Assembly (NCBI GenBank): GCA_036390255.1
Contig: DASWCE010000230.1
Location: 5,701-69,700, forward strand
Reading direction: 5' to 3'
DNA: 64,000 nt
Source: Gemmatimonadales bacterium
Lineage (GTDB): Bacteria > Gemmatimonadota > Gemmatimonadetes > Gemmatimonadales > GWC2-71-9
Positions 10,036-20,790 of this stretch are shown piece after piece. The notes under the pieces were generated by a model. The model did not search any database, was not told where the DNA came from, and saw nothing but the letters and a program-made list of their open reading frames with translations. Numbering within the stretch: the first letter of the stretch is position 1; every line of letters starts with the position of its first letter. Both the position numbers and the translations under genes were made by a program.

Positions 10036-10505
10036 GTCTCGCGCTGTATCGCATCGATGACCGGCTGATCCACGGCCAGGTGGTCGTGGGGTGGGGCCAG
10101 CCGCTCCACGTCTCATTCATCGTGCTCGTTGATGACGAGGTGAGCAGCAGCGATTGGGAGCAGGATCTCTACCGCATGGGCGTACCGCCCCAGATCGAAG
10201 TGATCTTCGCGTCGGTGGATCAGGCGGCGCAGCTGTTTTCGACTTGGGAAGCGGATGAGCGCGTCGGGATTCTGCTCGTGGGCGATATCGATACGGCGGT
10301 CGCGCTTGCCGCTCGGGTGCCGCAGGTGCGCCGGTTCAATGTGGGCGGCGTCCATCACCGCACCGGTCGGAAGGAACGGCTGCGTTTCGTGTATCTGACC
10401 GACGATGAAGCGTTTAAGCTGCGCGAGTTGGCGGCGCGCGGCGTCGACGTCACCGCGCAGGACGTGCCGACGGCGCGCGCGGTGCCGATCGGAGAGTTCA
10501 CATGA
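10032..10505 (+). CDS. PTS mannose/sorbose-family EIIB component
   Basis: YRIDDRLIHGQVVVGW (active-site His motif); ATGA overlap with EIIA. The ORF-track start 9777 is an upstream extension. Confidence 0.88.
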   Translation: MSLALYRIDDRLIHGQVVVGWGQPLHVSFIVLVDDEVSSSDWEQDLYRMGVPPQIEVIFASVDQAAQLFSTWEADERVGILLVGDIDTAVALAARVPQVRRFNVGGVHHRTGRKERLRFVYLTDDEAFKLRELAARGVDVTAQDVPTARAVPIGEFT

Positions 10506-11194
10506 TCCTCCCCATCGAGGTCCTGATCGCGCTCCTCCTGTGGGGCACGCTGGTGGGCGTCGATCTGGTCAGCCTGCCCCAGATGATGATCGCCCGGCCG
10601 CTCGTGGCGGGCACGGTCGCGGGCGCCATCCTCGGCGACATCCCGACGGGCCTCAAGCTCGGTGTCGTCTTCGAGCTGCTGCAGTACGACATCCTGCCCG
10701 TCGGCGCGGTGCGTTACCCCGAATACGGGCCTGCAACCGTCGCCGCGGTCGCGACGGCGCACTCGGCGCCCGGGGGTGGCGTGCTCGGCCTGGGTCTCGG
10801 GGCTCTCGTGGGACTCGTGACCGGCCTGCTCGGGGGTGTCACGATCAACCTGCTGCGCCGCGTGAACTCGCGGATCGTGCATGCCGCCGCAGCGCAGCTG
10901 GAATCGGGAGACCCGCGCGCGCTGGTGCGCATACACGTGGGTGGGTTGCTGCGTGACGCCCTGCGGGCGGCACTGGTGACGATGGTCGGCCTCGTGCTCG
11001 CCTGGCTGGCGCGGCCACTCCTTGCCGGTGCGCTCACCGTGCGCGGCGCGCTGCTCCTGGCCGTCGCCGCCGTCGGAACCGCGCTCGCCGCGGGTGCCTC
11101 GGGCACGCTGCGGCTCGTGGGACGCGGGCCGAATCTCGCATGGTTCGCCGCCGGTTTGGGCGGCGGCATTCTGGCGACGATATGGGTACGGTAA
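10502..11194 (+). CDS. PTS mannose-family EIIC membrane component
   Basis: Polytopic hydrophobic protein positioned between EIIB and EIID; FELLQYDILPVGA segment; ATGA overlap. Confidence 0.8.
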   Translation: MILPIEVLIALLLWGTLVGVDLVSLPQMMIARPLVAGTVAGAILGDIPTGLKLGVVFELLQYDILPVGAVRYPEYGPATVAAVATAHSAPGGGVLGLGLGALVGLVTGLLGGVTINLLRRVNSRIVHAAAAQLESGDPRALVRIHVGGLLRDALRAALVTMVGLVLAWLARPLLAGALTVRGALLLAVAAVGTALAAGASGTLRLVGRGPNLAWFAAGLGGGILATIWVR

Positions 11195-11919
11195 ACGGCG
11201 CGCTCGCGCGTGCGTTGCTGCGGCTGTTCGCCGTGCAGGGCTCGTACAACTACGAGCGCATGCTCGGCGTGGGCGTTGGCGTCGCCGAAGAGCCGCTGCT
11301 GCGCGATCTGGGCAATGGCCAGTACGGGCCAGCCGTCGCGCGCGGCGCGCATTTCTTCAATGCGCATCCCTATCTCACCGGCCTCGCGGTTGGCGCGGCT
11401 GCCCGCGCGGAACACGACGGCGCTTCGCCCGATCAGATCGAGCGGCTGCGGGAAGCGCTGTGTGGCCCGCTCGGCTCGCTCGGCGATCGTTTGGTCTGGG
11501 CTGGATGGCTGCCGTTGCTGTCGGGACTGACGATTGCGGCGATCGCGCTTGGCGCCGGATGGTTTGCGGTGGCGGGATTCCTGATCGTCTACAACATCGG
11601 TCACGTGGCGCTTCGCTGGTGGGCGCTCTCCGCTGGATGGACCTACGGTGCGCGCGTGAGCGTCGCGCTGCACAGCCCGATGCTGCAGAAAGCGGGGGCG
11701 CTGCTCGGTCCGGCCATGGCGTTCGCCGTAGGCTTTGCACTGCCGCTGGCGGCTCGCTTCCTTGCGGTTCCGTTCCCACGCTGGGGCCAGCTGGCCGCGG
11801 TGGTGACGGCGGGGCTGGTGTTCCTGGCGTTGCGTTGGCGCAGTGACCGGTTGAATGGTCTACGTGTGGCGCTGGGGCTGTCGGCCGTGGCGCTCGTCGT
11901 CGGGTTGATATGGCAGTAG
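11182..11919 (+). CDS. PTS mannose-family EIID membrane component
   Basis: LFAVQGSYNYERMLGVGVG (ManZ-type motif) followed by C-terminal transmembrane segments; ATG 11182 chosen. Confidence 0.82.
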   Translation: MGTVNGALARALLRLFAVQGSYNYERMLGVGVGVAEEPLLRDLGNGQYGPAVARGAHFFNAHPYLTGLAVGAAARAEHDGASPDQIERLREALCGPLGSLGDRLVWAGWLPLLSGLTIAAIALGAGWFAVAGFLIVYNIGHVALRWWALSAGWTYGARVSVALHSPMLQKAGALLGPAMAFAVGFALPLAARFLAVPFPRWGQLAAVVTAGLVFLALRWRSDRLNGLRVALGLSAVALVVGLIWQ

Positions 11920-12212
11920 TCGAGCGCGACGCCCAGATCGTGAACCCGCTCGGGATGCACGTCCGGCCGGGGGCGGAGTTCGTCAAAGTGGCGAACAAGT
12001 TCAAGTCGACCGTCGAAGTGCACAAAGACGGCGCCGTCGTGAACGGCAAGAGCATCCTCGGCATGATGACGCTGGCTGCGGAATGCGGCTCGTCCATTCG
12101 AATCAAGACCGATGGCGCGGACGCGGAGGAAGCGATGGCCGCGTTGCTCGAGCTGGTGGCTGCCGGATTTCATGAGATGCACCTGAAGGCTCCCGCCAAG
12201 GACGACGAATGA
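11910..12212 (+). CDS. ptsH: Phosphocarrier protein HPr
   Basis: His site NPLGMHVRPG and HprK target serine NGKSILGMMTL are both present. Confidence 0.92.
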   Translation: MAVVERDAQIVNPLGMHVRPGAEFVKVANKFKSTVEVHKDGAVVNGKSILGMMTLAAECGSSIRIKTDGADAEEAMAALLELVAAGFHEMHLKAPAKDDE

Positions 12213-14020
12213 GCGCGTCCGACCGTCTCTTGAAGGGCATTGGGGTCTCGCCGGGCATCGCCATGGGGCCCACGGTGACGGTGCGGTGGGCCCTCCCCGA
12301 GGTCCCCCATCGCGTCGTCGCCCGCACGCAGGTGGAGAAGGAGATACGACGCCTGCGTGCGGCGATCAAAGACGTCAAGCGACAGCTCGCCGAGTTCCGC
12401 GCCCGGGCGGTGGATCGCGCCGGCGTCGACGAGGCGCGCATCTTCGACGCGCAGGCCCTGATGCTCGATGACAAGGACTTCATCGGCGGGATCGAGGAGC
12501 TGATCCGGGAAAACCACCTCACGGCAGAGAAGGCGTTCGAGTTCAAGACACTCGAGGTCCGTGATCTGTGGACGGCGGCGGGCAATCCGCTGCTCAAGGA
12601 GCGGCTCGCCGACGTAACCGGTGTGGCCATCCGCGCCATCCAGCATCTGATGCACAAGGGAAGCGGCGCCGATGTGTGGGAAAGTCTCTCCGAGCCGTCG
12701 ATTCTCGTGGCTCGTGAGCTGTCGCCCGGGCTGACGGTCCAGCTCGACCGCGACCAGATCGTCGGGTTGATCAGCGAAGAGGGAACGCGCACGTCCCACG
12801 CGGCGATTCTCGCGCATTCCATCGGCATTCCGGCGATCTTCGGCCTGCGCGGTGCCGTGGCGCGCATCAAATCCGGGACCAAGGTCATTCTGGATGGCAC
12901 GCGCGGCACGGTGCTGGTGGACCCCACCCCCGAGGAGGTGGCGGAGGCCGAGCGCGCCGATAGCCGCAGGCGGGAGCTCGCCGGCCGGCTGGAAGAGGCC
13001 GTCGCTCAGCCATCGGTGACCCTGGATGGCGTGCGTTTCACCTTGCGCGGAAATGTCGATCTGCCGGACGAGCTGGAGGCCGCGAAGGCGCATGGCGCGG
13101 AAGGCGTGGGCCTCTTGCGGACCGAGTTTCTCATCACTGGGCACAGTGAGCTGCCGGATGAAGAAACGCAGACCAACTACTTCCGTCACGTCGGCGAGAC
13201 GTTTGCCGGATATCCGGTCGTCGTGCGGACCTACGACCTCGGCGGCGACAAGTTCCCCGCACCCTTCCGCACGCCGGTTGAGCCCAATCCGTTCCTCGGC
13301 TGGCGGGCGATTCGGGTCTGTCTCGACGAGCCGGAGATGTTTCGCACACAGATCCGTGCCGTGTTACGCGCCGCGGTGACGGCGAATCTGCACCTCATGA
13401 TTCCGCTCGTGACTCGCCTCGACGAGGTCGAGCGCACCCGCGAATTGATGCACGAGGAAGCGGCCCGCCTGGAGAAAGACGGCGTGGCCGCGGCCAAGAG
13501 CGTGCCGCTGGGCGTCATGGTCGAGACACCCGCCGCGGCCGTGCTGGCGGATCGGCTGGTCGAAATCAGCGACTTCCTCAGCGTGGGGACCAACGATCTC
13601 ACGCAGTACACGCTGGTCGTCGATCGGGCGAACGCGCGCCTGGCGGATCGTTTCACGCCGCACGATCCGAGCGTCCTGCGCCTGCTCAAACTCGTTGCTG
13701 AAGCGGCGCGCGCCGCGAACAAGCCCGCCAGCGTGTGTGGCGAGATGGCCTCAGAGCCGCTCTCGGCATTCCTCTTGCTGGGGTTGGGGTACGACACGCT
13801 GTCCGTCGCGCCGCCGGCGCTGCCGCTCATTAAATGGCTCATCCGGCAGGTGACCACGGCGCAGGCGCGAGCGGCTGCCGAGGCGGCGCTCGCGGCTCGC
13901 TCGGCAGAGCTCGCGCTCGACATCTTGCGATTCGCACTCGCGGAAGCTGTCGATCCGACACTGCTCGATCCGGACGCGCGGTTGCCCGCCGGACGGCGCT
14001 CCGGTAGCTTGAAACTCTAG
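12209..14020 (+). CDS. ptsI: Phosphoenolpyruvate-protein phosphotransferase (PTS Enzyme I)
   Basis: GTRTSHAAILAHSIGIPA active-site His region, GLLRTEFL, and SVGTNDLTQY in the PEP-utilising C-terminal domain. Confidence 0.95.
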   Translation: MSASDRLLKGIGVSPGIAMGPTVTVRWALPEVPHRVVARTQVEKEIRRLRAAIKDVKRQLAEFRARAVDRAGVDEARIFDAQALMLDDKDFIGGIEELIRENHLTAEKAFEFKTLEVRDLWTAAGNPLLKERLADVTGVAIRAIQHLMHKGSGADVWESLSEPSILVARELSPGLTVQLDRDQIVGLISEEGTRTSHAAILAHSIGIPAIFGLRGAVARIKSGTKVILDGTRGTVLVDPTPEEVAEAERADSRRRELAGRLEEAVAQPSVTLDGVRFTLRGNVDLPDELEAAKAHGAEGVGLLRTEFLITGHSELPDEETQTNYFRHVGETFAGYPVVVRTYDLGGDKFPAPFRTPVEPNPFLGWRAIRVCLDEPEMFRTQIRAVLRAAVTANLHLMIPLVTRLDEVERTRELMHEEAARLEKDGVAAAKSVPLGVMVETPAAAVLADRLVEISDFLSVGTNDLTQYTLVVDRANARLADRFTPHDPSVLRLLKLVAEAARAANKPASVCGEMASEPLSAFLLLGLGYDTLSVAPPALPLIKWLIRQVTTAQARAAAEAALAARSAELALDILRFALAEAVDPTLLDPDARLPAGRRSGSLKL

Positions 14021-14032
14021 GGAACTCAAAAC

Positions 14033-16585
<2,553 letters not shown>

Positions 16586-16586
<1 letters not shown>

Positions 16587-17113
16587 TGGCCAGCCCGGGG
16601 GGGGCCATGCTGCAGGTTCGAGTAGCTCACCTCGGGCTGGATCGCACGACGAACACGCCGGTCGTGATCCTGCAGGAAAACGATGGTCAGCGCGTGCTGC
16701 CGATCTGGATCGGACCGGCGGAAGCCAGCGCCATCGCGATGGAGCTGGCCGGCGTCAAGTTCTCACGCCCGCTGACGCACGACCTGCTCAAACAGGTGAT
16801 CCTCGGCCTCGGCGCCGAGCTGCGCAAAGTGATCATCACGCAGGTGAAGGACAACACGTACTTCGCCGAGCTGCACATCTATCGCGGCGACACGGTCATC
16901 CAGATCGACGCCCGACCCTCGGATTCGATCGCGTTGGCGCTGCGGCTCAAGGCGCCGATCATGACGAGCGAGACACTGCTCGAGCTAACCTCCATCGATA
17001 CGAGCGACGGCTCGATCCAGCCGGGCACCGGCGGTAGCCCGCTCGATGCCGATACGCTGAAGTCATACCTCCAGAACCTCGATCCTGAAGATTTCGGGAA
17101 GTTCACGCCGTAG
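16586..17113 (+). CDS. Bifunctional nuclease family protein (DUF151/BFN)
   Basis: NTPVVILQENDGQRVLPIWIGPAEASAIAMEL...RPLTHDLL and C-terminal PEDFGKF; alternative ATG at 16607. Confidence 0.8.
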
Positions 17114-18065
17114 CTGCCTGATCCTGGCGCTCGGTGCCTTCTCGACGCTTGCGGCGCAGCAACCGGTGAGCGTCAGCGGGCGTGTGCTGCGGGGCGGCCG
17201 GGACACGGTGCCGCTCTCCAATGCCGTCGTTGTGCTGCACCGCATGGCGAGCGCAAGCGCCGGCCCTATCGACTCCGTGCGCAGCGACGCCCGCGGGCGC
17301 TACCGCTTGGCCCTGCGCAATCCCGACAGCACAAGCGGGTACGTGGTCAGCGTGTGGTACGACAGCATCGCGTATTTCTCGCTGCCGTTGAACGTCGTCA
17401 GCCGGCCGGCGGTGCACGTCGAGGATATCTTGACGTTTCCGGCGAGCCGCACCGGCCCGCCGCTCCGGCTGGCGCGACGGCTGGCGACGATCAGCACCGC
17501 AACCGCCGACGGCTCGCGGGAAGTGTTGGAGATTTTGGAGCTCGAGAATCCGGGGCAGGCGACGCGAACCACCGACGACACGCTGGTACCCACGTGGTCC
17601 GGTCGCCTGCCGGGGCGCACGGGGCAGTATCGGGCGGGGCAGGGTGATGTCTCGCCGGAGGCGATGCGCTTCCGCAACGACAGCGTCCTCATCTACGCGC
17701 CCATCCCTCCCGGCCTGGCCAAGCAACTCAGTTTTGACTATACGCTCGCGGCCGGCGCGCGCACGTTCGTCATGCCCATCGACCAGCCCACCGTCGAAGT
17801 GAACCTGCTGGTCGAGGACACCGTCGCGCTGGTGATCGCGCCCAAGCTCGAGTCGTTCGGTGTCAAGGAGATCGAGGGGCGTCGCTTCGCCGCGTATCGC
17901 GCGGGTCCGCTCGCCGCGGGCGAGCGGGTCGAGATTCGGCTCCCGCCGGGCAAATTCCGGGCGCAGGTGTTGCTGCCGTATGTCATCGCGGTCGTCGCGG
18001 CCGGTATGCTGGTGGCGCTCGTGTGGGCATTGCGCCGGCGACCCGCGGCATCTAGACTGACTTAG
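17085..18065 (+). CDS. Carboxypeptidase-regulatory-like domain protein with C-terminal TM anchor (start uncertain)
   Basis: VSVSGRVLRGG...SDARGRYRLAL beta-sandwich signature and C-terminal LLPYVIAVVAAGMLVALVWAL. A signal-peptide-like segment lies upstream of the first canonical start at 17166 (see finding). Confidence 0.6.
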   Translation: MKISGSSRRSCLILALGAFSTLAAQQPVSVSGRVLRGGRDTVPLSNAVVVLHRMASASAGPIDSVRSDARGRYRLALRNPDSTSGYVVSVWYDSIAYFSLPLNVVSRPAVHVEDILTFPASRTGPPLRLARRLATISTATADGSREVLEILELENPGQATRTTDDTLVPTWSGRLPGRTGQYRAGQGDVSPEAMRFRNDSVLIYAPIPPGLAKQLSFDYTLAAGARTFVMPIDQPTVEVNLLVEDTVALVIAPKLESFGVKEIEGRRFAAYRAGPLAAGERVEIRLPPGKFRAQVLLPYVIAVVAAGMLVALVWALRRRPAASRLT

Positions 18066-18075
18066 TCGTCATTTT

Positions 18076-18243
18076 GCGAATGGTGATACGGAAGCCGGTG
18101 TAAGTCCGGCGCGGCCCCGCCACTGTAACGGGCAGCTGTGATCGGCTCAATGCCACTGGGATAACCCGGGAAGGCGAGCCGGTTCGCCCGAAGCCAGGAG
18201 ACGTCTTCATTCGCGCCACCAGTCGGTTCCCTCGCGGGAGGGA
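18076..18243 (+). promoter_or_regulatory. Cobalamin (B12) riboswitch with RBS-sequestering hairpin
   Basis: GGTGAtacGGAAgCCGGTGtAAgTCCGGcGCGGcCCCGCCACTGT core, GCCACTGGG...GGGAAGGC, and B12 box AGCCAGGAGACGTC. P1 stem 18076-18082 (gcgaatg) pairs with 18208-18214 (cattcgc). Hairpin tccctc-gcgg-gaggga (18228-18243) covers the SD and the A of the ATG. Confidence 0.88.
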
Positions 18244-19061
18244 TGGTGATGCGCAGGCTCTTACTCTCCGTTCTCATTCTTTGTGGCTGTCATTCGACGG
18301 CCCGACGGCCTGACGGCCCGCCGGCCCATCGCATCGTTTCATTGCTCCCTTCATTCACCGAGATCCTGTTCGCCATCGGCGCCGGCGATCGCGTCGTAGG
18401 CCGCACGCAGTGGTGCGACTATCCGCCCGCAGCCCTCGCCGTGCCGAGTGTCGGCGAGGCGCTGCCTCCGAACGTCGAGGCTGTCGCGGCGCGGCGGCCG
18501 GACCTTGTGGTGCTGTACAATGCCGGCCCCAACGTGACGGCGGCAAAACAGCTCGAGCGTCTTGGGATCCCTACGGTGCTGATCGACTTGAACCGCCTGG
18601 AAGACCTCGGCCCCGCGACTCGGGCGCTGGGCACACTGACCGGGCGAGAGGTGCAGGCGGAGTCGCTTGCCATCGTGATGGACCGGCTCGCGGCACGGCC
18701 GCCACCAGCCCCGACGACCTCTCTCGCGTTTGTCGTGTGGGACAACCCGCCGATCATCATTGGGCACGGCAGTTATCTCGATCAACTGGCGACGCAGGCA
18801 GGTGCGCGCAACGTCTTCGGTGATGTCAGCGCGCCGTCCGCGCAGGTCTCGCTCGAGACCATCGTCGCCCGCGATCCGCAATGGATCGCCGTCCTTTCGG
18901 ATTCCGCGGTCGCGCCTGCCTTCGCGAAGCGCCGAGAGTGGCGCGCCATTCGGGCGGTCCGGGAAGGGCACTTCCTGTTGCTCGAGGGCTCTCTATTCGG
19001 GCGTCCCGGACCGCGCTCCTGGGACGCGATCGGACAGTTCCGAGCTTTGCTCGCTCGATGA
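18243..19061 (+). CDS. Periplasmic cobalamin/siderophore-type substrate-binding lipoprotein (BtuF-like)
   Basis: Lipobox-like MVMRRLLLSVLILCGC, then IVSLLPSFTEILFAIGAGDRVVGRTQWCDYP; immediately downstream of the B12 riboswitch. Confidence 0.85.
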   Translation: MVMRRLLLSVLILCGCHSTARRPDGPPAHRIVSLLPSFTEILFAIGAGDRVVGRTQWCDYPPAALAVPSVGEALPPNVEAVAARRPDLVVLYNAGPNVTAAKQLERLGIPTVLIDLNRLEDLGPATRALGTLTGREVQAESLAIVMDRLAARPPPAPTTSLAFVVWDNPPIIIGHGSYLDQLATQAGARNVFGDVSAPSAQVSLETIVARDPQWIAVLSDSAVAPAFAKRREWRAIRAVREGHFLLLEGSLFGRPGPRSWDAIGQFRALLAR

Positions 19062-19999
19062 AATGGACCTTCCTCGTGCTGGTCGCCGTGCTCGCGCTGA
19101 TCACGAGCGTGGTCCTGGGTCCTGCCGCCGTTCCGCTCGGCGAGCTCCTCCATTCGGATATCGTCTGGAACCTGCGTGCGCCCAGGGCACTGCTCGCGTT
19201 CTTGGTTGGCGGATCGCTCGGCGTTGCCGGTGCCGGCCTCCAAGCGCTCGTCCGCAATCCTCTCGCCGATCCGTTCCTGCTTGGCCTCTCCGGTGGCGCG
19301 GGGCTCGGCGCCGTACTGGCGATCGCGCTGCACCTGTCGGGCCCCTGGGCGTTGCCCATCGCTGCCTTTATCGGTGCGCTGGCCGCGCTGGGCCTGGTGT
19401 ATCGGTTGGGACTGATAGGCGGCGCAGCCCTCGACCCGCGCATTCTGCTGCTGGGCGGCGTGGCGATCGGCGCCTTCGCCGCGGCGATCACGACGGCGAT
19501 CGTTTCCCTCGCCGACGCCGCAGAGCTGCGCAACGCGTTCCTCTGGCTCTGGGGCGGGCTCTCCGGCGCCTCGTGGGATGCCGTGCTCCTGGTCGCGCTG
19601 TACGCCCCGATCCCCCTGGCCGTGCTGCTCGCCGCCGCGCGGCCGCTCGACCTACTCGCATTGGGTGAGGAATCGGCGGGCTATCTGGGCGCGGATGTCG
19701 AAGCAGTCAAACGCCGCGTTTATCTCGCCGCGTCGCTGCTCACCGCGGCGGCCGTGGCCGTCTCCGGGGTCATCGGGTTCGTGGGACTCGTCGTCCCCCA
19801 TCTCGCGCGGCTCACGTGGGGCCACCGCCACCGCGCTTTGCTCCCCGCCGCGTTTCTCGGGGGCGGCACGCTCCTGGCGTTTGCCGACACCCTCGCGCGA
19901 ACGGTCGTCGCGCCCCGCGAGCTGCCCGTGGGCGTCGTGACGGCGCTGATCGGTGTGCCGGTGTTCGCGTTCTTGTTGCGGCGCTGGACGATCGCGTGA
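19058..19999 (+). CDS. FecCD-family ABC permease (BtuC-like)
   Basis: MKWTFLVLVAVLAL..., RAPRALLAFLVGGSLGVAGAGLQALVRNPLADP and a polytopic profile; ATGA overlap with btuF-like. Confidence 0.9.
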   Translation: MKWTFLVLVAVLALITSVVLGPAAVPLGELLHSDIVWNLRAPRALLAFLVGGSLGVAGAGLQALVRNPLADPFLLGLSGGAGLGAVLAIALHLSGPWALPIAAFIGALAALGLVYRLGLIGGAALDPRILLLGGVAIGAFAAAITTAIVSLADAAELRNAFLWLWGGLSGASWDAVLLVALYAPIPLAVLLAAARPLDLLALGEESAGYLGADVEAVKRRVYLAASLLTAAAVAVSGVIGFVGLVVPHLARLTWGHRHRALLPAAFLGGGTLLAFADTLARTVVAPRELPVGVVTALIGVPVFAFLLRRWTIA

Positions 20000-20790
20000 T
20001 GCTTACGCTCAAGGACGTCCGGTATCGCTACCCCGGCGCGACAGACGATGCGCTGGCAAGCGTCTCGTTGTCGGTCGGACTCCGCGAATTCCACGCGGTG
20101 CTCGGTCCGAACGGCAGCGGCAAGACGACGCTCGTTCGGATCGCGCTTGGCGCCTTAACGCCTCTCGTGGGACGTGCCGACGTTGATGGTCGTCCTGCGG
20201 CTAGCTGGGCGCGACAAGATCTGGCCCGGCTCGTGGGCGTCGTGCCGCAGCGCGAGGACAACCTCTTTCCCCAGCGCGTGCGCGAAACGGTGCTCCTCGG
20301 CCGCTACCCGCATTTGTCGCTGTGGGGCCGTGAGCGCCCCGAAGATCACGCCGCCGTGGACCGCGCGCTCGCCGCGTGCGACGTCGAGCACCTCGCTAAT
20401 CGCTGGGTCTGGACGCTCTCGGGCGGGGAGTATCAGCGCGTGCGCGTGGCGCGTGCGCTCGCGCAGGAGCCCAAGCTGCTCGTGCTGGATGAGCCCGGCA
20501 TGTCACTCGACTTGAAACACGAAATGGGATTGTTCGAGCTGGTGCGCGGTCTGGTCGCAGATCCAGGACTCGGCGTGTTGATGATCACGCATGACCTGAA
20601 CCTTGCCGCCCGCTTTGCCGATTCGTTGCTCCTGCTCGAGGGTGGCCGCCCTATCGCCGCCGGTCCGCCGGCGGAGGTCCTGACGCAACAAACCGTCGAG
20701 GCGGTGTTCTCCTGGCCGGTCACGATGCAGACGATCGATGGCCGTCCCCAGATGGTCCCACTCCGCAAACCGAAGGAGTCTCGGGCATGA
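19999..20790 (+). CDS. ABC transporter ATP-binding protein (BtuD/FepC-like)
   Basis: Walker A GPNGSGKTT, signature LSGGEYQRV, Walker B LLVLDEP; ATG 19999 or GTG 19996. Confidence 0.9.
   Translation: MLTLKDVRYRYPGATDDALASVSLSVGLREFHAVLGPNGSGKTTLVRIALGALTPLVGRADVDGRPAASWARQDLARLVGVVPQREDNLFPQRVRETVLLGRYPHLSLWGRERPEDHAAVDRALAACDVEHLANRWVWTLSGGEYQRVRVARALAQEPKLLVLDEPGMSLDLKHEMGLFELVRGLVADPGLGVLMITHDLNLAARFADSLLLLEGGRPIAAGPPAEVLTQQTVEAVFSWPVTMQTIDGRPQMVPLRKPKESRA

Noticed and set aside
14021-14032. SAM riboswitch or promoter upstream of metK.
   Set aside because: The gap between ptsI and metK is only 12 nt, so metK appears to be read through from the PTS operon.
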